Shown: in pieces, positions 48,343 through 57,487 of the stretch
Layout of the letters: each line of letters opens with the position of its first letter
How positions within the stretch are numbered: the first letter of the stretch is position 1
Origin: Candidatus Colwellbacteria bacterium CG10_big_fil_rev_8_21_14_0_10_42_22
GTDB lineage: Bacteria; Patescibacteriota; Minisyncoccia; UBA6257; Colwellbacteraceae
Length of the DNA: 64,000 nt
Direction of reading: 5' to 3'
Assembly (NCBI GenBank): GCA_002773725.1
Contig: PFAH01000007.1
Span: forward strand, 19,485-83,484
Notes under the pieces: generated by a model
Databases searched by the model: none
What the model saw: only the letters and a program-made list of their open reading frames with translations
What the model was told of the DNA's origin: nothing
Made by a program: the position numbers and the translations under genes

Positions 48343-49172
48343 GTTATAATAAATTAAGAATGAAGAAAGTCCTGCAAAGAACCCTTTATCCAGTCGCCCT
48401 GCTTTTGTTAGGCGCTCGAAAAGTATTTGCCGCAGATTGTCCTAGTGGAACTTTTTGCTTCTCGTCTTTTCTTAAAGAAGACACTGTTGAGGGATTGATT
48501 GGGAGCATGGTGAGTTGGCTCACCTTGGCAGCCGGCTCGGTCTTAGTAATAGCTATTTTGGTAGGCGCTTTTATGATTATGACTTCTGGCGGCAATACCG
48601 AACAAGTCACGAAGGGTAGAAAAGCAATTACATGGGCGCTGATAGGGTTTGCCGTAATCTTATTGGCTGGAGGTTTGGGCAACATCATAGCCGGATTCCT
48701 GGGAGGCACCGTAGACACTACTAATGTCGCTTCGTCTACAATTGATACGCCCGAAGGAGTTGTGGTCGCAATAGACCAAATTGCTAAATGGATGTTCAAC
48801 GTGCTTATGGCTCTTGGAACCGTTTTTGTTTTATATTCCGCCTTCCTTTATATGATATCTGCGGGCGATCAAGAAAAGATTAACCGGGCCAAAAATGCTC
48901 TGATCTATGCCATTGCCGCTCTTGTGATTGGAGTGTTAGCTGGAGGAGCTGACATGCTAATTAAAGACGCTCTCGATGTTCCGGAAAACACGTCAGCTTG
49001 TAGTGTCGGCTCATGGAAAAATGAAGCATGTCAGGGCACATATAAAGATGAAGACGAGGAGACGCACTGTGAACGACCCGGCGAAAGATTACAGACCAGA
49101 ACTACAACTCCGCCTAACTGTAAGCTAAACAGCAAGTGTTTTAGAGATACAACCTGTCAGGTGCTGGAATAA
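48312..49172 (+). CDS. T4SS pilin-like paralog (duplicated hairpin domain) with Cys-rich tail
   Basis: Two copies of the ...KWMFNVLMALGTVFVLYSAFLYMISAG...RAKNALIYAIAALVIGVLAGG pattern. C-terminal tail with 8 Cys. Confidence 0.4.
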   Translation: MSKSVPNSQIGYNKLRMKKVLQRTLYPVALLLLGARKVFAADCPSGTFCFSSFLKEDTVEGLIGSMVSWLTLAAGSVLVIAILVGAFMIMTSGGNTEQVTKGRKAITWALIGFAVILLAGGLGNIIAGFLGGTVDTTNVASSTIDTPEGVVVAIDQIAKWMFNVLMALGTVFVLYSAFLYMISAGDQEKINRAKNALIYAIAALVIGVLAGGADMLIKDALDVPENTSACSVGSWKNEACQGTYKDEDEETHCERPGERLQTRTTTPPNCKLNSKCFRDTTCQVLE

Positions 49173-49223
49173 TAAAAAAATACTGTATAATAATCTCAAA
49201 AGGTCGAGGAATTTGTCTAATAA

Positions 49224-49559
49224 ATGAAAAAGCTCACCGAAAAATCATACGCTTGGCTACTTGGCCTTAGTGTGGTCCGTGCCCAGACCCTAGAAGAGCC
49301 ACCAGAGAACGTCGCGGACATTAACAGCTTTATTAAGGCCATCGACCTCATTGCAAAATGGATGTATAACATCCTACTTGCCCTGGGTGTTGTGTTCGTC
49401 TTGTATGCCGCCTTTCTTTACATGATTTCACAGGGCAACGAAGAGAGGATGGAAAGAGCTAAGAAGGTTCTGATTTACGCCATTGTAGCTCTCGTAATAG
49501 CTGTTTTGGCTGGAGGAATCTCAAGCGTTGTTGAGGACTTTATAACTGACGTAGAATAA
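49224..49559 (+). CDS. T4SS pilin-like paralog
   Basis: ...IAKWMYNILLALGVVFVLYAAFLYMISQGNEERMERAKKVLIYAIVALVIAVLAGG is closely similar to the preceding gene. Confidence 0.45.
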   Translation: MKKLTEKSYAWLLGLSVVRAQTLEEPPENVADINSFIKAIDLIAKWMYNILLALGVVFVLYAAFLYMISQGNEERMERAKKVLIYAIVALVIAVLAGGISSVVEDFITDVE

Positions 49560-49589
49560 GGTTCTGTAAGAAACTTATTGGTTTATTTT

Positions 49590-49615
49590 AAAGCCCCGCC
49601 GTTCGGCGGGGCTTT
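49590..49615 (+). terminator. Intrinsic terminator
   Basis: aaagccccgcc-gttc-ggcggggcttt with a U-tract. Confidence 0.65.
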
Positions 49616-49716
49616 GTGTATGTAAATCTTTTCTAAGTAGTTTATGAAAATAAAGGTGGCGAACTCGGGGCAACAAGTGTTTTATACCTGCTACCCCGAG
49701 CCGCCCGGCGACTTGC

Positions 49717-50718
49717 TCATCCCGAAGCCGGGGTGAACACAACGATGGTGGCTTCAAGGCAGTCGCCGATTGCCTTGAAACTGACGGGAGCACCGTATTC
49801 CGGGTCGACCCGCTCACTCCATCCGGGTTCGACTCCGGCGTAGAGCCACCAGTGTTGGGGACTAGCCCCGACCTCGTACTCTACCCCACCGCTCTCGCAG
49901 TGGGGAAGCTGGACCATCCACAGCTCACGTGGATTGACCGTGGTATTCCGGTTCTTGGTCCAGCCACTGGCGTAGAGGTCGCTCGTGAGAGAAACCTCCA
50001 CCGTCCTCACGATGACCATCCCCGGAGGGGTGACCAACGGACGGCTGAACGCGGGGGGTGCCGGGTCGCTCTGGTAGATGGTGATGACGACCTCGTCTGG
50101 TTCGGTCCACTCGATGAAATCCCTTGTGGCCTGGTTGACCGGTGAGGACTCCACCGTCGCGGCAGACAGACCTGCCGCGATTGCCACGAACACCAACGTC
50201 AGTGCCATCATCAAGCTTCTTACGCCCGACTCCGGAGAGGCAATCAAAGCGAGAATTGCCGAGAGGATGGCAATGGCCCACAGCAACGCCGCAGTCACCA
50301 ATCCCTCGATGGGGAAGATGAGTAGCCAGCTCGCCAAAAAGACGAAACTGGCAACGGCGAGGGCAATCCGGAAAGCGATATGCGTCCGGATTGTTCTGTC
50401 GAGTGCCTTCCCCGCCTTCCCCGCTCGTCGGAGTGCAGCAGAGAGAGCGATGAACCGACCCAAGAGCCGGACGCCGAAGATGGCCAACAGAAAGGCGATG
50501 GCAATCAGGGCAATGGTCGCCCAGACAACAATCGCTGGCGTGAGCTGGCCATACCACGAGAGTATGAGGACGCTGGCCCACTCTGCTGCTACCACGGCCA
50601 TGAGGAGCTGGAACCAGCGGTCCACTACCTCCTCGAATCTGAGGACACGGTTGATAAGGTCTTGGGCACCTCCAACCCGCGCCCACCTGGCGAGCGCTAG
50701 CTGGATGCGCGGAGTCAT
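49717..50718 (-). CDS. GC-rich island gene: multi-TM membrane protein with C-terminal extracytoplasmic domain
   Basis: 333 aa with a sensible hydrophobic/soluble architecture. About 60% GC. Many overlapping antisense ORFs here are GC artefacts. Confidence 0.55.
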   Translation of the reverse strand: MTPRIQLALARWARVGGAQDLINRVLRFEEVVDRWFQLLMAVVAAEWASVLILSWYGQLTPAIVVWATIALIAIAFLLAIFGVRLLGRFIALSAALRRAGKAGKALDRTIRTHIAFRIALAVASFVFLASWLLIFPIEGLVTAALLWAIAILSAILALIASPESGVRSLMMALTLVFVAIAAGLSAATVESSPVNQATRDFIEWTEPDEVVITIYQSDPAPPAFSRPLVTPPGMVIVRTVEVSLTSDLYASGWTKNRNTTVNPRELWMVQLPHCESGGVEYEVGASPQHWWLYAGVEPGWSERVDPEYGAPVSFKAIGDCLEATIVVFTPASG

Positions 50719-51101
50719 GCCCTACCTCCTCTCAGTTCCGGGTCATCGGGCGCCGGGAGCAATCCCGGGAAGAACGCGTCGAGGAAGCCCTCGACGAGCC
50801 CCCCGATACCCGCGTCGGGTGCTGGCTCCGGGAACAGATCCGGATGCGCCTCGATGAGACGCACCATCTCCGGCAAGGTCATCCTTGCCGTCAAGGCAAC
50901 ATCGATCGCCTTGGCGAGATCCCCCGCCTCGACGGCTGTACTGATTGCCAACATGGCATCGGCGCCGGTTTTTGCCACCAACCCACGAGGGCTGGTGGGA
51001 CCGGCGAAGAAGGACTCGACCCGCTTGAGGGCCGCTTCCTCTATCTTGTCGCGAACCCTCTCTCCGAGGGAACGACGGTTGTTTGTGTTCCTCGTTGTCA
51101 T
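50715..51101 (-). CDS. GC-rich island gene: hypothetical 128-aa protein
   Basis: 4-bp ATGA overlap with the downstream gene suggests an operon. Confidence 0.5.
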   Translation of the reverse strand: MTTRNTNNRRSLGERVRDKIEEAALKRVESFFAGPTSPRGLVAKTGADAMLAISTAVEAGDLAKAIDVALTARMTLPEMVRLIEAHPDLFPEPAPDAGIGGLVEGFLDAFFPGLLPAPDDPELRGGRA

Positions 51102-51280
51102 CGCAACCTTCTCCTTTGTCTTTGTCGTTTCTTTGTCAGAAATATGATCGCGATGACGTCTCCGCCTCGCTGATTGTGAAGAACAGTATGAAAATCGGCT
51201 TCTATCCGTATCTTTAAATACACGCGAAACATACCATAATACTGGTGAAATGTCAATGTATGCATGCTTATAAAGAACTT

Positions 51281-51307
51281 GAGCCCGTAACTAGCTGTTA
51301 CGGGCTC
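51281..51307. terminator. Hairpin/terminator (gagcccgtaac-tagct-gttacgggctc, T-run on plus strand)
   Basis: 11-bp perfect stem, 25 nt downstream of the 51332..51985 gene. Confidence 0.5.
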
Positions 51308-51331
51308 ATTTTGGCTTTATCTACTCGAGTT

Positions 51332-51985
51332 TCAACGTCGAATACGTCTATACCAACGATTTTCTCGTCGGAGACGTTCTTCCTCCTCTCGAGCTTCTCG
51401 CTCGGCGACAATCTTGTCTGTGTGAGCATCAAGCCGTGTTGCCCACTCATCCAACTTGGATCCCATTCTTTCCCTGAGGGAAGAAAGGCGTTCTCCAAGT
51501 GCATTCCAATCGATTTCGACACGTTGTTCCGGAGGAAAGGCCCTTTGGAACTGTTCGTCGAGCGCTTTGTGTGCGTCGATAACGGCCTGCACTTGTGCCA
51601 GTGCCTCATTTGTGTCGCCACCATCACGACCAACCATATCAACGTGTTCGCGTGCCCACTTCTTTACTTTTGGCATCCAATGAGCATGTGCTCGAGGATT
51701 GCCATCGAAGACGCCTTGGCGAGCGTACTCCAGAAAGTCAAAGAAGCTGTCCGCCAAAGGTGAACGATCACGCATCGCCAGCTGAGCGTAGGCGTTAACT
51801 ACTCCGGTGAAGGTGTCGGCCCCTGGACCCTTCATCCAATCAGGCAACATCTCGGCGAGTTTGTGAGACATTCCTTCTGCGCCAAGCCGAAAAGGCCTTT
51901 CGCCAAAACCCCGAGCAGTAGAGAAGACGAAGTCCTTCGGATCTATATCACGGAGGACCACCGCGAGTTTATCAAACCAATCCAT
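51332..51985 (-). CDS. GC-rich island gene: hypothetical 217-aa protein with Arg/Glu-rich C-terminus
   Basis: Coherent ORF in the GC-rich segment. No recognised domain. Confidence 0.55.
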   Translation of the reverse strand: MDWFDKLAVVLRDIDPKDFVFSTARGFGERPFRLGAEGMSHKLAEMLPDWMKGPGADTFTGVVNAYAQLAMRDRSPLADSFFDFLEYARQGVFDGNPRAHAHWMPKVKKWAREHVDMVGRDGGDTNEALAQVQAVIDAHKALDEQFQRAFPPEQRVEIDWNALGERLSSLRERMGSKLDEWATRLDAHTDKIVAEREAREEEERLRRENRWYRRIRR

Positions 51986-52031
51986 TTCACGATTCCCTTC
52001 TAATCGTATGTGTTCTATTTCAATGATGCGG

Positions 52032-52115
52032 TGGGCAGGAGAGGACTCGAACCTCCAAGCCGATTAAGGCACTAGGTCCTAAACCTAGCGTGTTTACCAA
52101 TTTCACCACCTGCCC
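52032..52115 (-). tRNA. tRNA-Leu (anticodon TAG), long variable arm, no encoded CCA
   Basis: Acceptor GGGCAGG/CCTGCCC, anticodon loop tTTTAGGa, long variable arm and T-loop GGTTCGAGTCC. Confidence 0.8.
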
Positions 52116-52186
52116 TTCGGTTTCACTCAGGATAAATCCATAGGTAATATTAGCTACATTATTAAAAGCTTTATCTAATTACAATA

Positions 52187-53083
52187 CTATTCTCGTCTTT
52201 TGCCATGGAAGGCCTTATGAACGTCTCGAAGTTCTTTATTGGTAACGTGGGTATAAATTTGGGTGGTTGAGATATTGCTGTGCCCCAAGAGCTCCTGAAC
52301 GCTTCGAAGGTCCGCACCATTCATTAATAAATCGGTGGCAAATTGGTGGCGGAGCTGATGAGGAGTTACCTTATCTGGAATACCCGCTTCACGAGTGTAT
52401 TTATTAACCACCCTTTGAACTGTACGAGGATTAATCCGTCCTAAGACCTTAGGGCTTTTTCCGTGCGAGATGCTTGTAAAAAGAGCGCTTTCGGCATCCT
52501 GTCTTTTGTCCAAGTATTTTTTTATGACCTCACGAGCTCTATCAGAGAGAAACACCACCCGCACCTTTTCGCCCTTCCCCCTAACCGCTATTTCACCTCT
52601 TTGGATATTAATAAACCTATCCAGCCCACAAAGCTCTGACACTCGAAGACCTGTAGAAAAAAGAGTTTCTAGAATAGCCCTGTCTCGTAGTGCTTTAAGT
52701 CCGCTACCCTTTGGTGCTGATAAAAGACGTTCAATATCTCCATACTCCACTATTTTTATTTGCCTCGTCGGCACCTTGGGAAGTTCCACTCTGTCGGGAA
52801 GAACTGTTTTGTGCCCCTCGCGATTTAGATATTTAAGGAAATTCCTAATGACTATCACATGATATGCCTGTGTTTTCTTCTTAATTCCAGTCGAAGAGCT
52901 AGCCAGATATACTCTGAAATTATGAATAGATTTTTCTGTGATATCGCTTAGCGTTTTAAGCCCTTCTTTCTCCACAAAGCGCCTTAAACACCTTTCGTAG
53001 TTATTTCTAGTCGCCGGTGAGCGGTTTTTCTCAACATCTAAATAGTCCAAATATTCATTTATAAGTGGGTTTATCTCAGCCAT
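52187..53083 (-). CDS. xerD: Tyrosine recombinase XerC/XerD-family
   Basis: 298 aa. Catalytic region ...HQLRHQFATDLL...LLGHSNISTTQIYTHV. Confidence 0.8.
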   Translation of the reverse strand: MAEINPLINEYLDYLDVEKNRSPATRNNYERCLRRFVEKEGLKTLSDITEKSIHNFRVYLASSSTGIKKKTQAYHVIVIRNFLKYLNREGHKTVLPDRVELPKVPTRQIKIVEYGDIERLLSAPKGSGLKALRDRAILETLFSTGLRVSELCGLDRFINIQRGEIAVRGKGEKVRVVFLSDRAREVIKKYLDKRQDAESALFTSISHGKSPKVLGRINPRTVQRVVNKYTREAGIPDKVTPHQLRHQFATDLLMNGADLRSVQELLGHSNISTTQIYTHVTNKELRDVHKAFHGKRRE

Positions 53084-53148
53084 GAAAAAGATCGGTTAAG
53101 CGACAAATTCTTTTTGTTGCGTAATCCATTATAGATTTTACGACATTT

Positions 53149-53463
53149 TTGACCTTTACAAAAAGGTCGCCTTCAGCTATTATCCTGTTGCTCGAGATGC
53201 TTACTCAGCGAAAAAAGAAAAACGTCATTAAAGAGCACCAGCTCCACGAGACAGATACCGGCTCAGCCGGTATTCAAATCGCGCTTTCCACAAAGCGTAT
53301 TAATGAGTTGGCTGCCCATTTAAAAAAACACCCAAAAGATAAGCACTCGCGTAGAGGTCTTTTGGGGATGGTTAACAGGCGTCGAAAACTCTTGAAATAT
53401 CTTTCAGAGAAATCGCCGACCAACTATAAAAAACTGATTAAGAAGCTCGGGCTTAAAAAATAA
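53149..53463 (+). CDS. rpsO: 30S ribosomal protein S15
   Basis: ...[35 protein letters not shown]... is the S15 signature. Confidence 0.85.
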   Translation: MTFTKRSPSAIILLLEMLTQRKKKNVIKEHQLHETDTGSAGIQIALSTKRINELAAHLKKHPKDKHSRRGLLGMVNRRRKLLKYLSEKSPTNYKKLIKKLGLKK

Positions 53464-53474
53464 GTCCAAAAAAA

Positions 53475-54008
53475 ATGATAATACCTAACAAAGAACAGAG
53501 AGTCGGTGTTTTTATTGATATCCAAAATCTCTATCATAGCGCTAAAAATCTATATGGAAGCAGGGTCAATTTTGGTGAGTTATTAAATCGCCTAACCAAC
53601 GACAGGCGTTTAGTAAGGGCATTCGCCTATGTTGTCAGAAGCGATCCATCAACGGGGGAAGACGCTTTTTTTGAAGCCCTTGAAAAGGCGGGCATTGAGT
53701 TGAGGAGCAAAGACATCCAAATTTTTTCGAGCGGAGCCAAAAAGGCGGACTGGGACGTAGGTATCGCAGTTGACGCTATTCGAATGGCGAACATGTTCGA
53801 CGTTGTCATATTGGTTTCCGGGGACGGAGATTTTGTGCCTGCGGTTAAATACCTCCAGTGGGGCTTGGGTAAGGGCGTCGAAGTAGCGGCGTTTGGGAAA
53901 ACCACTAACGCCGGTTTGAGAGAAGCGGCCGATACATTCATCGACCTTGATACAATGCCCAAAATTATTTTTAAAGCACCAATAAGCAAAACAACTAAAA
54001 AGAAATAA
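53475..54008 (+). CDS. NYN-domain (LabA/YacP-like) protein
   Basis: VGVFIDIQNLY...VILVSGDGDFVPAV is the NYN/PIN-like motif. Confidence 0.7.
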   Translation: MIIPNKEQRVGVFIDIQNLYHSAKNLYGSRVNFGELLNRLTNDRRLVRAFAYVVRSDPSTGEDAFFEALEKAGIELRSKDIQIFSSGAKKADWDVGIAVDAIRMANMFDVVILVSGDGDFVPAVKYLQWGLGKGVEVAAFGKTTNAGLREAADTFIDLDTMPKIIFKAPISKTTKKK

Positions 54009-54017
54009 GCATAAATA

Positions 54018-56120
54018 ATGGATTTAAACAGAAAGAAGTTTACAAAAGAGATTGCGGGTAGAGAGCTTGTCTTAGAAGTGTCGGGATTAGCCGGCCAAAC
54101 AAACGGAGCGGTCATTGGAACCTACGGAGAGACGACCGTTTTGGTGACGGTGGTTATGAGCAAAGACAATCAAGACCTGGATTATTTACCCCTATCTGTA
54201 GATTATGAGGAAAAGAATTATGCTGCCGGTAAAATTTTGGGTGGCAGATTTATGAAGCGAGAAGGCAGGCCTTCCGAAGAAGCGGTTTTGTCTGGGCGTT
54301 TGGTGGATAGAGTAATCAGACCCCTTTTCAACAAGCGTATTAGGCGAGGGATACAAGTGGTAGCAACTATTCTCTCTTATGACGGAGAAAACGACCCCGA
54401 TTTTGTGACCCTAATGACCGCCTCTGCCGCTCTTTCAATATCTGATATTCCATGGGACGGACCAGTCGCCGGCATCAGAATCGCCAAACTCGGCGAAGAG
54501 TTCGTAATCAACCCAGTTAATAGCCAGATTGAAATTATCCCCGGTCAATTTGATGCCTTCATTGCCGGTACCAAAGACAGAGTCAATATGATAGAGCTGG
54601 GTGGCAACGAAACAAAAGAAGAAGATGTGCTTAAGGCATGCGAAATAGCTCTAGAGCACTTTAAGGAGCTAACTGTTTTTCAACAAGAACTGATGTCTGC
54701 GGTTGGTAAGGAAAAAATTGAGGTTAAGCTCGACTTACCTTCAGAAAAACTTGTGGAGACAGCTAAGGAATTCCTAAAAGACAAATTAGATGAAGCCGCT
54801 TATGTAGATGACAAGAAGTTAATGTCAGATAATTTAGCCAAGTTAAAATTGGACCTAGAAGAACATCTTATTAGCGCTGGCTACGAAGAGAAAGAATTAA
54901 AATATGCGGAATATATATTGGAAGAAGAACTCGATAGAGTAGTTCATAAAAATGCGCTCGAAAATGATAGACGCCCTGATGGGCGGGCCTTTGATGAAGT
55001 GAGACCTCTATATTCGGAGATTTCGCTTTTCCCAAGAATGCATGGATCGGGTCTTTTTGCTCGAGGCGACACCCAAGCATTAGCAGTTACAACCTTAGGT
55101 CCTCCCGGAGACGAGCAACTAATGGAAACCATTGAGTTTTCCGGAAAAAGAAGATTTTTACTTCACTATAATTTTCCACCCTTCTCTGTCGGTGAGGCCA
55201 GGTCGTTTCGTGGACCGGGTAGGAGAGATATCGGACATGGCGCTTTGGCAAAGAAAGCTCTTGAGCCCTTAGTGCCTTCTAAAGATCAATTCCCCTATAC
55301 CATCAGAGTTGTCTCAGAAATACTCTCATCAAACGGCTCATCTTCTATGGCTACTGTTTCAGCTGCTAGCATGAGCATGATGGATGCGGGGATTCCCCTT
55401 AAAGAGCCCGCTGCTGGTATAGCTATGGGGCTTATATTAGGAGGGGACGGATCCTATAAGATATTGACTGACATTCAAGGCCCCGAAGATCATTATGGAG
55501 ACATGGACTTTAAGGTTGCCGGCACCAAAAGCGGCGTAAACGCAGTTCAGTTGGACGTAAAAATAGACGGACTTACCCCCGAAATAATTAGAGAGACGCT
55601 CGAAAGGGCTCGAGCAGCCAGATTGCACATCTTAGATTTCACAGCTGGCGTTATAGAAAAGCCAAGAGCAGAGCTTTCTTCGTATGCTCCGCGAATTCTG
55701 ACTACTCAAATTAGTCCAGATAAGATAGGAGAGCTGATTGGTCCTGGAGGGAAGGTGATAAACGGCCTCATAGAGGAAACGGGCGTTGATTCTATAGACA
55801 TAGACGACGATGGCACCGTTTTTATTACTTCTGCAGACGCAAATAAAGCCGAAGATGCGCTGGCTAAAGTAGAAGCCATGATGAAAGAATTCGTAATAGG
55901 TGAAATAGTAGAAGGCAAAGTGGCCAAAATATTAGAGTTTGGAGCAATAGTAGAATTTCCGGGTGGCAAGTCGGGTATGATTCACGTATCCGAGCTTAAA
56001 GAAGGTTTTGTTAAGAATGTTGAGGACGTTGTTAAAGTGGGGGATCTTGTTAAAGCAAAGATAATCGGTATGGAAAACGGGCGAACAGCCCTTTCCATCA
56101 AACAGCTTCCAAAGGATTAA
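54018..56120 (+). CDS. pnp: Polynucleotide phosphorylase
   Basis: Two RNase PH domains plus KH and S1 domains. 700 aa. Confidence 0.9.
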   Translation: MDLNRKKFTKEIAGRELVLEVSGLAGQTNGAVIGTYGETTVLVTVVMSKDNQDLDYLPLSVDYEEKNYAAGKILGGRFMKREGRPSEEAVLSGRLVDRVIRPLFNKRIRRGIQVVATILSYDGENDPDFVTLMTASAALSISDIPWDGPVAGIRIAKLGEEFVINPVNSQIEIIPGQFDAFIAGTKDRVNMIELGGNETKEEDVLKACEIALEHFKELTVFQQELMSAVGKEKIEVKLDLPSEKLVETAKEFLKDKLDEAAYVDDKKLMSDNLAKLKLDLEEHLISAGYEEKELKYAEYILEEELDRVVHKNALENDRRPDGRAFDEVRPLYSEISLFPRMHGSGLFARGDTQALAVTTLGPPGDEQLMETIEFSGKRRFLLHYNFPPFSVGEARSFRGPGRRDIGHGALAKKALEPLVPSKDQFPYTIRVVSEILSSNGSSSMATVSAASMSMMDAGIPLKEPAAGIAMGLILGGDGSYKILTDIQGPEDHYGDMDFKVAGTKSGVNAVQLDVKIDGLTPEIIRETLERARAARLHILDFTAGVIEKPRAELSSYAPRILTTQISPDKIGELIGPGGKVINGLIEETGVDSIDIDDDGTVFITSADANKAEDALAKVEAMMKEFVIGEIVEGKVAKILEFGAIVEFPGGKSGMIHVSELKEGFVKNVEDVVKVGDLVKAKIIGMENGRTALSIKQLPKD

Positions 56121-56196
56121 GAATCCTTTAATTAAAAGCGTTCATTATCCACACCGCCTGAAGAGAGGCGAACTTCTGTGTGGTAATATATCTTAT

Positions 56197-57387
56197 ATGG
56201 ATAACACTACAGGCCAATTCGGAGCCGGGGGTTCTGCTCCCGAAAATCAAGGCCAAGAAAAGGTGAACCCGATGTCGCCTAGTTTTGCTTCTTCTGCTCC
56301 ACCGACTCCGACCCCTCCTCCACCGATTACCCCCCCTACTGGAGGATACCCCACTCCAACTTCGCCACCTGTGCCAACCGCCCCCTCCCCTTCACCGCCT
56401 AGCGCTTCCGCGCCATCGCCGGTACCACCACCTCCACCCAAAGAAGTGAACATAAGAACTATGATGAGCGATCAAGAGTCCTTGAAATCAAGCGGAGGCG
56501 TTGGAATTACATCGGCTAGTGTTAAGCCCCCCACTCCGATAGCGATAGATGCTAAAAAAGTGGATTCTGCAACTAAGCCAATCAAAAAACAGCTATCAGG
56601 CAACAAAAAAGCCCTCTTAATAGGATTGGGTATTGTGGTTTTCCTAGGAATTGCAGCGGCGGCTGTGGTTAATTTTGTTTTGCCGACATTTTTCTCAAAT
56701 GAAGTAGGTGTAACAGAACCAGAAGAAGCGCCCTTAGTAGAAGAAGAGCCCACCTTACCAACGCCGACTATTCCAACCTATGTACACCAAAGCTATTTTA
56801 TTGAACCAGTCGACTCGGAGGTTGAGTTAATGACAAAGGAGGTTAACACAGCTGGTATTCAAGACGCTCTAACTTTGATTGCGGCAGATGTAGTCGATGA
56901 AGAAAAAACCTTAACCGAATTTTCCGTGACAACTGGCGGAGAGGGCATACCCGTATCTGCCAGGGAGTATATAGAAGCGCTTTTACCCGATATAACAGTA
57001 GCTGTTCCACTAGAAGATGACTTCACTGGCTTTTTCTACAGTGATGGAGAAAATGTTTGGCCGGGATATATCTTGTCTCTCAACAGTGGAGAGGATGACA
57101 TTAATCTTTTAAGACAAGTCCTGAATGGAGATATCGAGAATTCGGAATTTCTTAAAAATTTGTTCCTAGAAGATCAGGGTGCCCCAAAAACAGAAACCTT
57201 CAATGACGGAAGCGCAGAGGGCGACCTCACGGGTGTACGCTATTTGTCGTACGAGAAAGGGGGTTCTATTAACTATGGATGGAAAGAAGGAAAATTAGTG
57301 ATAAGCACCTCCTATGCTGGTTTTAAGAAAGTATCAACTCTCGTGGGCGAGAAGATTGCTACCATAGAGAACGACGTTACTCCGTAG
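56197..57387 (+). CDS. Pro-rich single-pass membrane protein, hypothetical
   Basis: PT/PS-rich N-terminus and one TM helix (ALLIGLGIVVFLGIAAAAVV). Confidence 0.55.
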   Translation: MDNTTGQFGAGGSAPENQGQEKVNPMSPSFASSAPPTPTPPPPITPPTGGYPTPTSPPVPTAPSPSPPSASAPSPVPPPPPKEVNIRTMMSDQESLKSSGGVGITSASVKPPTPIAIDAKKVDSATKPIKKQLSGNKKALLIGLGIVVFLGIAAAAVVNFVLPTFFSNEVGVTEPEEAPLVEEEPTLPTPTIPTYVHQSYFIEPVDSEVELMTKEVNTAGIQDALTLIAADVVDEEKTLTEFSVTTGGEGIPVSAREYIEALLPDITVAVPLEDDFTGFFYSDGENVWPGYILSLNSGEDDINLLRQVLNGDIENSEFLKNLFLEDQGAPKTETFNDGSAEGDLTGVRYLSYEKGGSINYGWKEGKLVISTSYAGFKKVSTLVGEKIATIENDVTP

Positions 57388-57487
57388 GATCCGGTAGGAT
57401 AAGGACTTGATTTTTAGGAGGACATTATTTAAACTTGACTTGACTTGATAAAAGCCCGCCTAAAGCGGGCTTTAAAAAAAACAAAAT

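Noticed and set aside
49852-51173. Multiple long ORFs in alternative frames and strands within the GC-rich island (e.g. 49925..50686 minus, 50078..50857 plus, 50380..50700 plus, 50844..51173 plus)
   Set aside because: GC-content artefacts. They nest inside the coherent minus-strand ORFs 49717..50718 and 50715..51101 and have Arg/Pro/Gly-rich low-complexity translations.
52187-53083. Xer-family recombinase as the integrase of the GC-rich island
   Set aside because: Its size and sequence fit housekeeping XerC/XerD. It lies on the 5' side of the tRNA, outside the island. No att direct repeat was found at the island's far end. Kept only as context.
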